A stretch of 64,000 bases of DNA from Octopus bimaculoides (taxonomy: Eukaryota), in assembly GCF_001194135.2 (NCBI RefSeq), contig NC_068990.1, positions 91,240,608-91,304,607 on the forward strand, in the 5' to 3' direction. Positions 14,786-27,246 of this stretch are shown in pieces. A program made the position numbers and the translations under genes. How positions within the stretch are numbered: position 1 is the stretch's first letter; each line of letters begins with the position of its first letter. A model generated the notes under the pieces. It was not told where the DNA came from. It made no database searches and saw nothing but the letters and a program-made list of their open reading frames with translations.

Positions 14786-15489
14786 GTTTGTCGTGACTGA
14801 AATCTAATGGCTGGCATTTTTACCAATGGCGTCATCACTAGCGATACCACGTGATAGCTTATCTTTTCATTCACAAACGTAATAATAATAATTTATTACT
14901 ATCGTTGTAGATGCATGTGCGCATGCACACACACACATACATAACTGCGTGTGCTTTGGTGTGCGTATGTGTATTTGTGTGTATGTATATATACACGCAC
15001 TTACATATACATTCAGCTGGTGCTGTATTACAACTCAGGTTTCTGATGTAATGATTGGATTCAACCAATCAGCTTGTCTCTTTGGTAAATAACTTTTGGC
15101 TGGTGTTGTTGTTGTCCTTGTTATTGTTGTTGTTGTTGTTGTTGTTATTGTTGTTGTTGTCATCGTTGTTGTTGTTTTACAAAGGTATGACGTCATTTCA
15201 ATGACAATGCTCGTACAGCTACTATTAAGAATGGTGGCGGCGAGGTTACCGTAATGATAATGATGATGATGGTGGTAGTAGTAGTAGTAGGAGTAGTAGT
15301 GCCTGTGATGGTGGTGAAGGAGGCGGTGGCGGTGGGGCTGGTTGTGTAGTGGTGATATTAGTATCGGTTGTAATGCTGGTAGTATTGTTTGTGTTGGTCA
15401 TGGTTTCGTGGTGGTGGTAATAGCTGTTGCAGTGTCGGTAGCAGTGTTTGTTGATTGTAGCTATGGTAGTGTTATGGCACAGACATCGA

Positions 15490-15527
<38 letters not shown>

Positions 15528-15866
15528 AATATAATGTGATACATAGAGAGGAGGAAGGGAGCGGGAAAGATTGAGAGCTAAAGTGAAAGAGAGGAGAGAG
15601 AGGGGAGAAAGAGAGAGGGGAGAAAGAGAGAAAGAGAGATGCTATAGAGGAGCGAGGAAGAGAGAGAGAGAGATGGTACAGTGAAGAGAGGGAGGAAGAA
15701 AGAAACTGTAAAGAGGAAAAGCAGAGGGATGGAGAGATGATATAAAGGGAGAAAGGGAGAAGAAAGGAGTGGTGTAGGTGGAGAGAGAGGGAGGGAGAGG
15801 GGAAACAGAGATGATACAGAGAAGTGAGAAAGAGAGAAAACAAGCAGAGACAACAACAACAACAAC

Positions 15867-15916
<50 letters not shown>

Positions 15917-16276
15917 TGATGATGATAATAATAATAATAATAATCCTTTCTATTATAGACATAAGGCCTGAAATATTTGGGTGGGGATAAGTCGATTATA
16001 TCGACCCCAGTGCGCAACTGGTACTAACTGTATCGACCCTTCACAGAATTTAATTGAATGGATTCACGATTTATANNNNNNNNNNNNNNNNNNNNNNNNN
16101 NNNNNNNNNNNNNNNNNNNNNNNNNNNNNNNNNNNNNNNNNNNNNCATATAATAACAATGGGAGACTCTTGGTTTTTGCTGGTATGCCTTTAATTTAATA
16201 AGATAACAAAGGAGGAAGAAGCAGAGGTGAGGGTAGCATTTACGATCGTTTCAATTTACTGGTTTAAGTAAATCTC

Positions 16277-16340
16277 TTCAGAATGCGAATATAGATAGAT
16301 GCATCCTAACCGATGCATCTGTCTATATTCGCATTCTGAA
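16277..16340. repeat. 29-bp inverted repeat with 6-nt loop
   Basis: ttcagaatgcgaatatagatagatgcatc-ctaacc-gatgcatctgtctatattcgcattctgaa; one mismatch. Confidence 0.95.
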
Positions 16341-16609
16341 TATATAGAAATTAGAATATATAGAAATTGAATTCATGTTTGATTCACTAGACTGTTGATT
16401 AACAGCCCAGGTATTTTCTTTTTCACCTACTCTTGTTTTTGCACACATCTACAAAATGACTTTCTAAAGTTGAACTTCCATTATGCAGCTGAGGAGTACA
16501 TTTTCATTGCACATATTATGTGGTGTTCTCACTACATAAATAAATGAAGTTCGTACGAAACGTACGTACTGCTATAACCTATTGAATTTTTGTTGCTTTT
16601 CTTAAAATA

Positions 16610-16855
16610 CATATATATATATAAAAAATGAGAATTTACAAAAAAACAAAAGACACGAAGACGGGTGTGTAAACAACAAACAGATGTATTAGTTTAACGC
16701 TCGGGAAGTGAGAAAGTCTTTTACGTTTCTAGCCTACGCTCTTCCACAGAATGGAACACAGAAATAAACAGGGAGAGAAAATAGAAAAAGGTTTAGTGTC
16801 TAGCGAACTATCATGGCGAATGCCGGACAGAGGGGTCACACAGGAGAGCTATACA
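16610..16855 (-). mobile_element. Penelope-like terminal-repeat fragment with degenerate hammerhead-like motif
   Basis: Minus strand reads CTGTGGA-AGAGCGTAGGCTA-GAAACGTA, the layout typical of PLE terminal repeats. Confidence 0.45.
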
Positions 16856-17729
16856 TATACATATATATAAGAAATCACCCATCAGTATTTTTGGAAATTT
16901 AATAGTGTAATATCAGAATTTAAATTCATCATATTCCGGACGTCAGCGCGTTATCTTCTTGGATACAGCGTTCATCACGATTTGAATACCTTCGGTCACA
17001 GGTCTGCAAAATAATGGTGGGTTAGGACTAAACAATTAAAAAAAAACAGACGTTCATATCGAATGCAGGGGATTCAAGTCAATAAAGAAATCTGTAAATA
17101 GTCGTTGGATTTGTCAGAAAAAGCAGCTAAATATCCCTCAAATAATAATCTGCTGCGTTAAAAATGAAAGGACACAGTGGATAATGCAGTCCAAGAGTTA
17201 TTCCAAAATGGACATGGTGGTCACTATTGGAATCAGGACTGCTGAATTAAAACCAGTTGTCTGCTCAGCTGAAAATGGGTTGGGTTTGCCGTCGGATGGT
17301 ACTTCGAAGACTGTTAACTCAAAATCTTGAAAATGCAAGATATTAACGACACGTAGATGTGAGAGCAGAGTATTGTTGATCAGGGGTCAGAATGAAAGCC
17401 TTCACACAGCACCAGATTATAGCCAAGGAGGAAGCCTCATCAAATACCAGCTAATCAGCTAATAAAGTGTCTTGCTCAAGGACCCAATGCACTACTTGAT
17501 CCCAGAATTGAACTCTCGACGTAACGGTCGTGAGCCCAGCACGTTAACCCCTAGACCAAATGCCTTCATATAAGCCAGATACATAGGATAATGTAATCCA
17601 TGGTATACGAAAAGACGATCATGGTTGAAACATCTTGAATCATAAGTTGCTTGGATCACGAATCACTTCGGGTGAAACAGCAGACTGCGATGGACATTTG
17701 AGTTTATCAAATGAAAATCGATTATGCAT

Positions 17730-18140
17730 TTACTCTTTTACTCTACTTGTTTCAGTGATTTGACTGCGGCCATGCAGGAGCACCACCTTTAGTCGAGCAA
17801 ATCGACCCCAGGACTTATTCTTTGGATTCCTAGTACTTATTCTATCGGTCTCTTTTGCCGAACCGCTAAGGCTACGGGGACGTAAACACACCAGCATCGG
17901 TTGTCAAACGATGTTGGGGGACAAACACAGACACACAAACATACATACACACACATATATATATATACATATATATACGACGGGCTTCTTTCAGTTTCCG
18001 TCTACCAAATCCACTCACAAGGCTTTGGTTGGCCCGAGGCTATAGTAGAAGACAGTTGCCCAAGGTGCCACGCAGTGGGACTGAACCCGGAACCATGTGG
18101 TTGGTAAGCAAGCTACTTACCACATAGCCACTCCTACGCC
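17730..18140 (-). mobile_element. SINE family A, near full-length copy
   Basis: tRNA-like head with A/B boxes, ccttgggcaag core, internal (TA/CA) microsatellite, 3' ...actgaaacaagtagagtaaaagagtaa tail. Confidence 0.9.
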
Positions 18141-18994
18141 TATAATAAATAAATATTAAGAGATTATACGAAAAAGCGCAGTAAAGGAAGCGAAAATATT
18201 TTCAAAGGAAATTAATAGAAGTTTGCAGATATGCAAAAACAAGTAAAAAAAGAAAAAATTGTAAGGGAAATAACTAGCTATGACTTAGTTCGAAGGGAGA
18301 TAACTCCAAATTTTCGTCAAGTTAATTGCAACATTGAGCACATTTGCTGTTTCACTTGTAATAGCTTGAGCTCTGAAAAGTCATTTGATATTCTAAGTGC
18401 GATATCTTTTTCGTTTCATTAACGGTGTTGGATGCTGTAGTAAATAAATGTTGGAAGTGGTGGAGGAGTCATGAATAACTTGGGTATGCTTATGTTCTCT
18501 TCAAAAAAAAAAAAAAAACGGACGGATTATAATGGTCCCACAGCAGAAAGCTTTCCAGGCCCCTGTCACAGAATCTGTTATTTTTTGTGTTTCATTTCTC
18601 TCCACAAATTTCTATAACGTAACCACCCTCCTTACCATCCGCTCCTCATCCTTCCTCTCCCTGTGGTCAAACCACCTCGGTATCATGGCCGCAACTTCTT
18701 GATACAGTATTTCAACTACCGTGTACAATTGACTACGAACTGGTATTTCTTATTCTTGTGAAACAAATGAAAGAATTAAAGAATAAACTAATTCAACGAA
18801 AAAAGGTTTAATATTGAGCTTTATTGAAAATACAAAGAAGAGTTACCTAAAGGGAGAGAATAATGTCCATGGATTATGGTCAGGTACATCAAATATATGG
18901 AGGACTTGCTATCACATAGATTAACAACTCATAATATAATAATTCTGGTGCCTTAACATTTTCCGTTCATGTTGAACTGAGGGAGATTCTACGC

Positions 18995-19206
18995 TAGCGG
19001 TTCTCAACAGTGACTCCCAGGGCCGCATGTGACTCTCAAGCATCCTTCTAGTGGCTCCCCATAGGCTTCCCTTTATATATATAAGTTTTCTTTTTTAAGT
19101 GATTTGTTTTTTATTTTCTTTTGGTGCACCCTCCCAGGACCACCACCACTAAAAAAATGCGGGTTTTGGATCTGTCCCAGATACTTAAAAGAGTTGAGAA
19201 CAACTG
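18995..19206. mobile_element. hAT (Charlie-like) MITE
   Basis: Ends tagcggttctcaac / gttgagaacaactg; flanks ttctacgc / ttctacag form a 6/8 target-site duplication. Confidence 0.6.
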
Positions 19207-20227
19207 TTCTACAGTCATTCCACCTGATAGAAATAGCAGCTAAATGTCCATAAAATTAGACCCTAGTATGAAGGAGAAGAAGAAGGAGGTGAATCAGATG
19301 GGTTTGATGAGAGGAGCCAAAACTAATTAAAGCAGAGGTGGATGCGACATGAAGAGGATATCACTACATCAATGAGGCTGCTGGCAGCAAGAGCATGGTA
19401 AAAACTGATAACTGCTTTTGAAAGACTCACGTGTAGTTCCTTCGTAATTGATAATTTTAATTTTAACTTAAGTAGGAGATAATTATGGAAGTATATTTTA
19501 TACCCTGCTGGTATACTGGTTATATCCTTTAAAGTATTACATCTTGATGTGCAAATAGACACGACTTTACCTTCAGATATACTCATTAGGTTTTTTTTTG
19601 TTTGTTTTTTGTTTTTTTTTGTATTATCTGAAATAATACCCTCATATCTATTAATCCCCAAAACTGAATTAGCTAGTCTCGAAAATGCGTCATTATTTCT
19701 TTCTTTTTCTTTTTCTCTGGAAAGTCAAGTAAATTACAAATTTGTAATTGATTCAGTCACCTCCAGTACGTAATCGATATTTATGTTATTGATTCTGTAC
19801 CAATTGATGACACAAAGTCAACTTCGAGGGAATTAGTACTCAGAATGTCAACAGATAGAACCAAAATACTGCATTGTAGTATTGTATTTTGTCCACCATG
19901 GTTTCAGCAACTGAATACATATATATCTCTCATTATATATATATATGTATCTAAAGTCAGAAAATAAAAGGATGTATATAAATAACACAAGATACTATGT
20001 TCAATGCACTATAGAATACTTGAAACCACTTATACATACATACATACATATATATGAGAACATTTGGTAAACAAACCGGAATTTGAGAGGCACAGGGTTC
20101 GATTCTCTGTAGAAATGCTTTCTGACCACTGTTTCTTCATCTTCTAAAATATTTACCCAGTTTTCTAAGCTGTCTTCACAGCCATCTCACATTCAAGAAT
20201 TACTTTATTTTCTATAGAATATTCTCT

Positions 20228-20385
20228 GAGTGGTTGGCGTTAGGAAGGGCATCCAGCTGTAGAAACTCTGCCAAATCAGACTGGAGCCTGGTGTTGCCAT
20301 CCGGTTTCACCAGTCCTCAGTCAAATCGTCCAACCCATGCTAGCATGGAAAGCGGACGTTAAACGATGATGATGATGATGATGAT
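20228..20385 (+). mobile_element. SINE family C (ttggcgttaggaagggcatccagc core, RTE-like tail ending ttaaac(gat)n)
   Basis: Same core at 53735-53915 (+) and 45745-45890, 62250-62570 (-). Confidence 0.8.
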
Positions 20386-21393
20386 ATATATACACACAAT
20401 ATTCCCGTGGGCTTCAAATGATCACATGGAATACCGTTGACTCTTGGAAGTAATTTGCAGACGTCACAGAGGTTTCAAGAAGAGAAAGAGGAGACAGCAA
20501 CACTAACACATTACATTCAAAACTGCAGCAGGTCGTTTAATGCGTTAATAATATCACATGTCACTCAGCTGATGAGTCTTCTGATAAAAATGTATTATTT
20601 ATTATTATCCAGTAAAATTAGTTTCGAGAGTTCTCTCCCATGCAAGACCACCCTTTCCATTCTTTGCTGTCACTGGCTTTTCGTTAGCGATGTAATTTCT
20701 GTGAAACACTTTTGGGTTTACTTGCCTAATGTGTGATTACTTACACCAAATGCACACACGACACAAACATACACAGAGAACGGTAATGGTTTGCTGTGGA
20801 GGTGATAAGGTGTTAATGGGCGGTGGTAGTTTTCGCATAAATAGTAAAGAGCTGGTGGTGAACAACGTATATATTATAATGAACTGAAATTAAAACAGAA
20901 TATCCTGATATAACACGAGCACCTTAGTACAAATAACTGCCGTCGCGCTATACTGCAGCCACAATCACCACCGTAACTACCAACAACAAACGCCGCAAAT
21001 TAACAACGAATAATCATCAATTACTTTCTTTTTTTTTCGTTCAGGTTTTCTCTCGTCCATTGCGTTACTTCCCTTAGCATGACATTCAGGGCTGATAGCA
21101 ACGTAGCATTACATTAACCAGATATAAGCTTGCAGTTGAGGACTCACCTCATCCTCATCGTTTTAACATCTACTTTTCCAAGCATGTAAAGGGTCAAGAT
21201 TTCCTACAGCCGAGGCCCTTCCTAGTGCCAACCCTCACCCGTTTCCAAGCAAGAGGTAACATTCCCCATAGCCAGACATGTTTTCATAGAGAAGCGGAAA
21301 TAAATGGCATTGCCTGTAGGTATGACAGTGATACTTATTCAAATATCGAGCAATGTGAAGACAAGAAGAAACGAATCTATGAGTCCTTACACA

Positions 21394-21599
21394 TACGGTG
21401 TTGGCCAAAAGTCACCCGACAGTAAATAAAAATTCCATAGATATTTAATATTCAATTTTATTTATTCATTCTAATAATGAATATTTAATAATTGAATGCT
21501 GTGAGTTAAAAATCACCGTTCTTTTAAATAATTTTTTGTTTTAATCTTGGAATTAAATGGTTTGGATTTACTGTCAGGTGACTTTTGGCCAACCCTGTA
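21394..21599. mobile_element. Tc1/mariner-type MITE
   Basis: About 32-bp TIRs (gttggccaaaagtcacc(c/t)gacagtaaat) with TA duplications at both ends. Confidence 0.9.
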
Positions 21600-22879
21600 T
21601 AAACGACACACCTTTTGCAGTCTCTCTACCAAATCCACTCACAAGGCTTTGGTTGTCCTGGGTCCATAACAGGACACTTCAGGTGTCACACACCTTAAAC
21701 ATGGCCAGGTTTCAGATATTTGAGTACAGAATAACTCAAACGGTCTTGAAATTTTTGATGCACTCTGATGGTTTAGGGGGTTTATCAGTAGGAAGTGATG
21801 CTACAAAGAGGAACTGAGTGAGTAAGGGAACAAAGAACTAGAGAAATAAGGGGCAACTAATTGGGTAGGATAAATTAGTTGCAGAATAGGGAATTCCCTT
21901 CTTTGGAAAATAGGAGAGAGAATAGTTACTGAGCTAAGGAGTAAACATGAGTTATTCCACCAAGTAGCTGTTGAGCAAAGTGTTGTTAGAATAAGAGTAA
22001 CTGAATCAGGATGCTGCAGGAATAATATATGGGGGGGGGGGNNNNNNNNNNNNNNNNNNNNNNNNNNNNNNNNNNNNNNNNNNNNNNNNNNNNNNNNNNN
22101 NNNNNNNNNNNNNNNNNNNNNNNNNNNNNNNNNNNNNNNNNNNNNNNNNNNNNNNNNNNNNNNNNNNNNNNNNNNNNNNNNNNNNNNNNNNNNNNNNNNN
22201 NNNNNNNNNNNNNNNNNNNNNNNNNNNNNNNNNNNNNNNNNNNNNNNNNNNNNNNNNNNNNNNNNNNNNNNNNNNNNNNNNNNNNNNNNNNNNNNNNNNN
22301 NNNNNNNNNNNNNNNNNNNNNNNNNNNNNNNNNNNNNNNNNNNNNNNNNNNNNNNNNNNNNNNNNNNNNNNNNNNNNNNNNNNNNNNNNNNNNNNNNNNN
22401 NNNNNNNNNNNNNNNNNNNNNNNNNNNNNNNNNNNNNNNNNNNNNNNNNNNNNNNNNNNNNNNNNNNNNNNNNNNNNNNNNNNNNNNNNNNNNNNNNNNN
22501 NNNNNNNNNNNNNNNNNNNNNNNNNNNNNNNNNNNNNNNNNNNNNNNNNNNNNNNNNNNNNNNNNNNNNNNNNNNNNNNNNNNNNNNNNNNNNNNNNNNN
22601 NNNNNNNNNNNNNNNNNNNNNNNNNCAAAACAACACTTACCTGTTACTATCAGTCATTCAATTCTACAAGGAATGTTAGCAAAATTGGAATAGGTTTTCT
22701 TGTCATTTTGTTGTTGTTGTTGTTGTTCAGAAATGAAATTGCCACCACCCCAATTATCATCATCATCATCATCGCCATATATGTTGAAAAAAAAAAAAAA
22801 CTTTAAAAAATATATGTATACAAAAATAATAGCAACAATAAAATATATAAAGTAATGACCAAAATTATATACATGTGTA

Positions 22880-22915
<36 letters not shown>

Positions 22916-23329
22916 AGAGAGAGATCAAGTGCCAAGGTATGTAGAAGAAAGAACAAATAAGTAAAATATAAAAGGATATGAGCTTGATTACTAATCAGCT
23001 TAATTACTAATAATGAGGGTAAATGTTTCTAAAGTTCTCAGGAGCTTTAAACGGGCCATAACAAGACTGTGACATCATTATATTTACAAAGGTAAGAGAG
23101 AAATCCCTTTCTAATTAGGATCCTCATCTATCACAAATAACTTCACCAGAAAACGAATATTGTTTTAAGTGAGATGTAATTAACTGAATTGACCCACCAC
23201 CACCACCACCACCACAACCACACACCAAAATATTATTGGTGATAATGATAATCCTTCTTACTAAAAAAAAAAAATAAAAATAAAAAAAACCTGAAATTTG
23301 GCAGGGAAGGGTTAAGTTGATTACACTGA

Positions 23330-23840
23330 AACCTCAGTATACAACTGGTATCTATTTTATCAACCCTGAAAGGATGAAAGGCAAAGTCATTCTGACCAAA
23401 ATCAGAATAATAATAATAATCCATTCTACTAAAGGCTCAAGGCCTGAAATTTTGGGGGAAGGGGACTAGTCAATTACATCAACCTTCAGTGTTTCACTGG
23501 TCCTTAATTTATTGACCCCCAAAAGGATGAAAAGAAAAGACGACCTCAGTGGAATTTGAACTCAGAACGTAGTGGCAGGAAAAATACCGCTAAACATTTT
23601 TCCAGCTTGCTGCCTTAATAATGATATTATTAATAATAGTAATAGCTTTAAATTTTTTCTGGGTGAAGGCCAACAATTCTGAGGGGACAAGAGTAAGTCA
23701 ACATCATCAACCCCAGCATGAGACTGCTACTTTATTTCATCTCCCCTGGAAGAATAAAAAAATAAAACAAAGTTGATCCCAATAGGATTTGAACTCAGAA
23801 TGTGAAGAGCTGTAACTATATACTGCAAAGTATTTTTGCT
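23330..23840 (-). mobile_element. Cluster of SINE family B copies
   Basis: Repeated gaaaggatgaaaggcaaagtc...tttgaactcagaa cores. Confidence 0.75.
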
Positions 23841-24539
23841 GACACTAATGATCCCGTCACACTAATAATAATACAACAATAATTAAAACCACAACAAATA
23901 ATATAATTCAGAGGGTCAAACACAATTAACAGAAAAAAAAAGCTGATTTTAATTAATAATAATTATCATTATTTATAACTTTGGTACAAGGCTGTATATA
24001 ATTCTGTAGAGAAACAGTGTGGTTGATTGTATCAACCCCAGTATATGAATGGTATTTATTTTATCAATCCTAAAGTGAAGGATTATGAAGTAAATTTCAG
24101 CTCACCACAAAGAGTGACGCAACTATATGTAACATATTTTATTTGGTAATACCAATACGTGTAGCATTACCAAATTGTCTGGCACCACCAGTTATCTTTC
24201 ATTTTTTTCTATTTCAGGATGGGGGTTGCCAGGGTACCAGCATTGTAATCTATTTAGTTCACTTAGTAACTATGATATTCAAATTGTTTGTGTTCACAAA
24301 ACAGGTTATAAGACCACAAGATGTTGAGAGAAGTTATTATAGTCAATGAAATCAACCCAAGTATTTGATTGGTGCTTTATTCCTTCCATCCCAGAGGGAT
24401 CAATAACAACAATAATGACAGCAACATTTTTCTTAGAATTATTTTTAAAAGAAAGGAAAAATAGTAATCATTGATACAGTTGATAATGACAATTATAATT
24501 ATTATTATTATTACTATTATTGTTTTGAATATTTGTCAC

Positions 24540-24964
24540 AAGGGCAGCTTGGGGGAGGTGGGGATGAGTCGATTACATCGACCCCAGTGTTCAACTGGTA
24601 CTCATTTTATCGAGCCCTGAAAGGATGAAAGGCAAAGTCAACCTCGGCAGAATTTGAACTCAGAACATAGTCACAGACAAAATACCACTAAGCATTTCAT
24701 CCAGGGTGTTAATTCTGCCTTACAATAATAATAGTTATAATAATAATAAACCTTTCTACTTGAAGGCACAAGGCCTTGGAATTTTAGTGGAAGGGGACTA
24801 GTCAATTACATTGACCCCAGTATTTAACTGGTACTTAATTTATCAACCCCGAAAGGATGAAAGGAAAAGTCAACCTCGGCGGAATTTGAACTCAGAAATA
24901 GCGACGAGCAAAATACCGCTAAGCATTTTGTCTGGTGTGCTAACGATTCTGCCAGCTCGCCACC
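24540..24964 (-). mobile_element. Two tandem SINE family B copies just 3' of the WBP2 stop codon
   Basis: 24540-24720 and 24755-24964; head ctgccagctcgccacc at 24949-24964. Confidence 0.85.
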
Positions 24965-25164
24965 TTAACAATAATATTAATAATAATAAGAACAATAACT
25001 GAAATTAATACTGTGAATAACAGTTGTAAATATAAATATATCTATTTATATATTTCAGGTTCAACATTATAATTGTGCTTAAAACATCAAGGTTTGTCTT
25101 TTTGTTTCATGTTTTCTTTTCCTTCTCTCAACCCCCATCCTGGGTCCACTTCTTCTGTGACACA

Positions 25165-25292
25165 TCAGTTGGTCTTCTTGCCAATCTCAGAGTAAGGTGG
25201 TGGTGGTTCGCTAGGACTTGGCATGTACACATTGTGAGGGTTCGCAGGGTTGTAATAGGCACTTGACGCTGCTGCTTCTCGAGCTTTGGCAT
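25165..25292 (-). CDS. WBP2: WBP2 terminal coding exon ([41 protein letters not shown])
   Basis: Acceptor ttcccccag, TGA at 25167-25165. Closely matches the WBP2 C-terminus as recalled ([23 protein letters not shown]...PPPPY). The seven exons sum to 735 nt = 244 aa + stop with consistent phases. Confidence 0.97.
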
Positions 25293-25812
25293 CTGGGGGA
25301 ACAGAAAGAAATCAATTCAATAAATCAACATTTCATCAATTCTATAGAACAGGAGTCATAAACCATCAGGCTGCAGACAAGTGCAAGGCCAGGGATCATT
25401 TGGGATTAAGCCTCACAGAACAAATACATTTTTTTTTAAATTTAATTTTTATTCTCGGTATTTACTCCTCAACTTTCCTCCTCCATCAAATCCCATGCAA
25501 CACACCCATCTTTGTCCTCTGAATTTCACATCCAACAAGAAACACATTCACCCAATCCTTCCTTCCCACAGTCTACAATACCAAACAACTGCTCCCGGCC
25601 CATGTTCTTTTTAAACAGGCACAACCTCACTAAAACATCAAACACAGAAACCTCTGCAAGCATCATGATTGATGATTGCCACCACCTCTCCAATTCAATA
25701 AAACAACATCTACAACAATAACATGGTCAAAGCAACAACAGCCCAAGCTGTGACTGCACCAGCAGCAACAGTGAGTAAAATATAATTTTTGTTTAAATCA
25801 ATAATTACAAAC

Positions 25813-25899
25813 CTTGAGGTGAACCAGTCGGATACGGGTTCAAATTCGAATCAACCCCTGGGTAGGGAGGGGGTGCTTCTGCCATAAACACCTCAGACG
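25813..25899 (-). CDS. WBP2: WBP2 coding exon 6 (SEVFMAEAPPPYPGVDSNLNPYPTGSPQ-D)
   Basis: Acceptor tttttctaacttcag, donor gtttgt, 87 nt, phase 1-1. APPPYPG motif. Confidence 0.92.
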
Positions 25900-26037
25900 C
25901 TGAAGTTAGAAAAAAAGAAGCAAAAGGTTAAAAAAACTAAACATGGGAAAAGATGATGAGAAGGGAGACTATTTGGATAATCATTATATTGGAATGGGTT
26001 GGACATGTTTGCAACACCAGATATTTCTGTGTATCAA

Positions 26038-26270
26038 GGGTGGTGAGCTGGGAGAATCGTTAGCACGCCAGGAGAAATGCTTAGCCATATTTCGTCTGCC
26101 GTTCTGTTCTGATTTCAAATTCCACAGAGGTCAACTTTGCCTTTCATTCTTTCGGGATCGATAAATTAAATACCAGTTACGCACTGGGGTCGATGTAATC
26201 GACTTAATCCCTTTGTCTGTCCTTGTTTGTCCCCTCTATGTTTAGCCCCTTGTGGGCAATAAATAAATAA
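26038..26270 (+). mobile_element. SINE family B full-length copy (long tail variant) in WBP2 intron 5
   Basis: ggtggtgagctgggagaatcgttagcacg... through ...gtttagccccttgtgggcaataaataaa. Confidence 0.9.
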
Positions 26271-26404
26271 ATTTTGTGTCCCTTGGTGGAGAAAAGAAGG
26301 TGCGAGACAAACAGAGTTATCTTTCTTGCTCAAAAGTTTCAACATAAAAGACTATCAATATTGGCAATCTGCATAAATACTACAGCTCATTCATTATGTA
26401 CCTC

Positions 26405-26540
26405 GTCTTCAAAGGTTGACTTTGCCTTTCATCCTTTTGGGGTCGATCAAATAAGTACCAGTTGAGTACTGGGGTCGATCTAACCGACTGGCCCCCCCTC
26501 CCCCAAAATTTCGGGCATTGTGCCTACAGGAGAAAAGAAA
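26405..26540 (+). mobile_element. SINE family B 3' part (short tail variant)
   Basis: gttgactttgcctttcatccttttggggtcgat...aaaatttcgggcattgtgcc. Confidence 0.8.
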
Positions 26541-27111
26541 TTATGTACCTCACCTGATAATGAGGGAATGTGAGAAAGAAGAAAAACTTCTTTGCTTTAT
26601 AAATCAACCAATTATGATTCCATTTCTTCCACTTAGGCACATTTAATGTAGCAAAAGCTCAGGCATCAATTGATGATGGCCACAGGCATGTAAAATTTTG
26701 GAAAGTTTAATTCATGTCTGCCATTCCATAACAAAACATCAATTGATGATGTTTACCATTTAAGAGTTAATGGTTAAAAACTGCAACATGTCCATGAATG
26801 ACCATGAACACTGCCCTCCCTCTTGTGAAGAAATTAAGGAAAATTAAAATATATTAAGGTCTGAACTTGATAGTCCAGTTTCTTAAAGTCACTATATGGT
26901 CAGTAATTAATCAAACAGCCACCAAGTGGTCATTAGTATAGTACCTTAATGGCACAGCTACCATGTGGTCAGTCATACCTTAACTTTACAGAGTCATGTA
27001 GTTAGTCACATGGTACCTTGACATCATAGCCATTGCACATGGATTGCTGTGAATTTAGAAATCAAATGAATTTAAAAATACAGGAAAGAGAAAAGGCCAA
27101 GACAATATTAC

Positions 27112-27246
27112 CTGGTGGTGCATTTGGGAATGTTTGATATGGCACCCAGCCATAGTTATAAGCTGTGTAGGCAGGCGGAGCAGGCTGATAAAATGGTCCC
27201 TGGGGAGGAGTGTAAGGTGGAGGCTGTGGCATTTGATACCGGGATG
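27112..27246 (-). CDS. WBP2: WBP2 coding exon 5 (SRYQMPQPPPYTPPQGPFYQPAPPAYTAYNYGWVPYQTFPNAPP-A)
   Basis: Acceptor tatttcag, donor gtaata, 135 nt, phase 1-1. Pro/Tyr-rich with PPPY and PPAY. Confidence 0.93.

Noticed and set aside
18060-18140. tRNA gene-like A/B boxes (also in other SINE heads and 47462-47510)
   Set aside because: No cloverleaf; embedded in multi-copy SINE or PLE sequence.
22631-22720. Strong minus-strand donor CAG|gtaagt at about 22636, and a plus-strand mini-exon at about 23047-23089
   Set aside because: Stops in all frames and no homology; at most non-coding.
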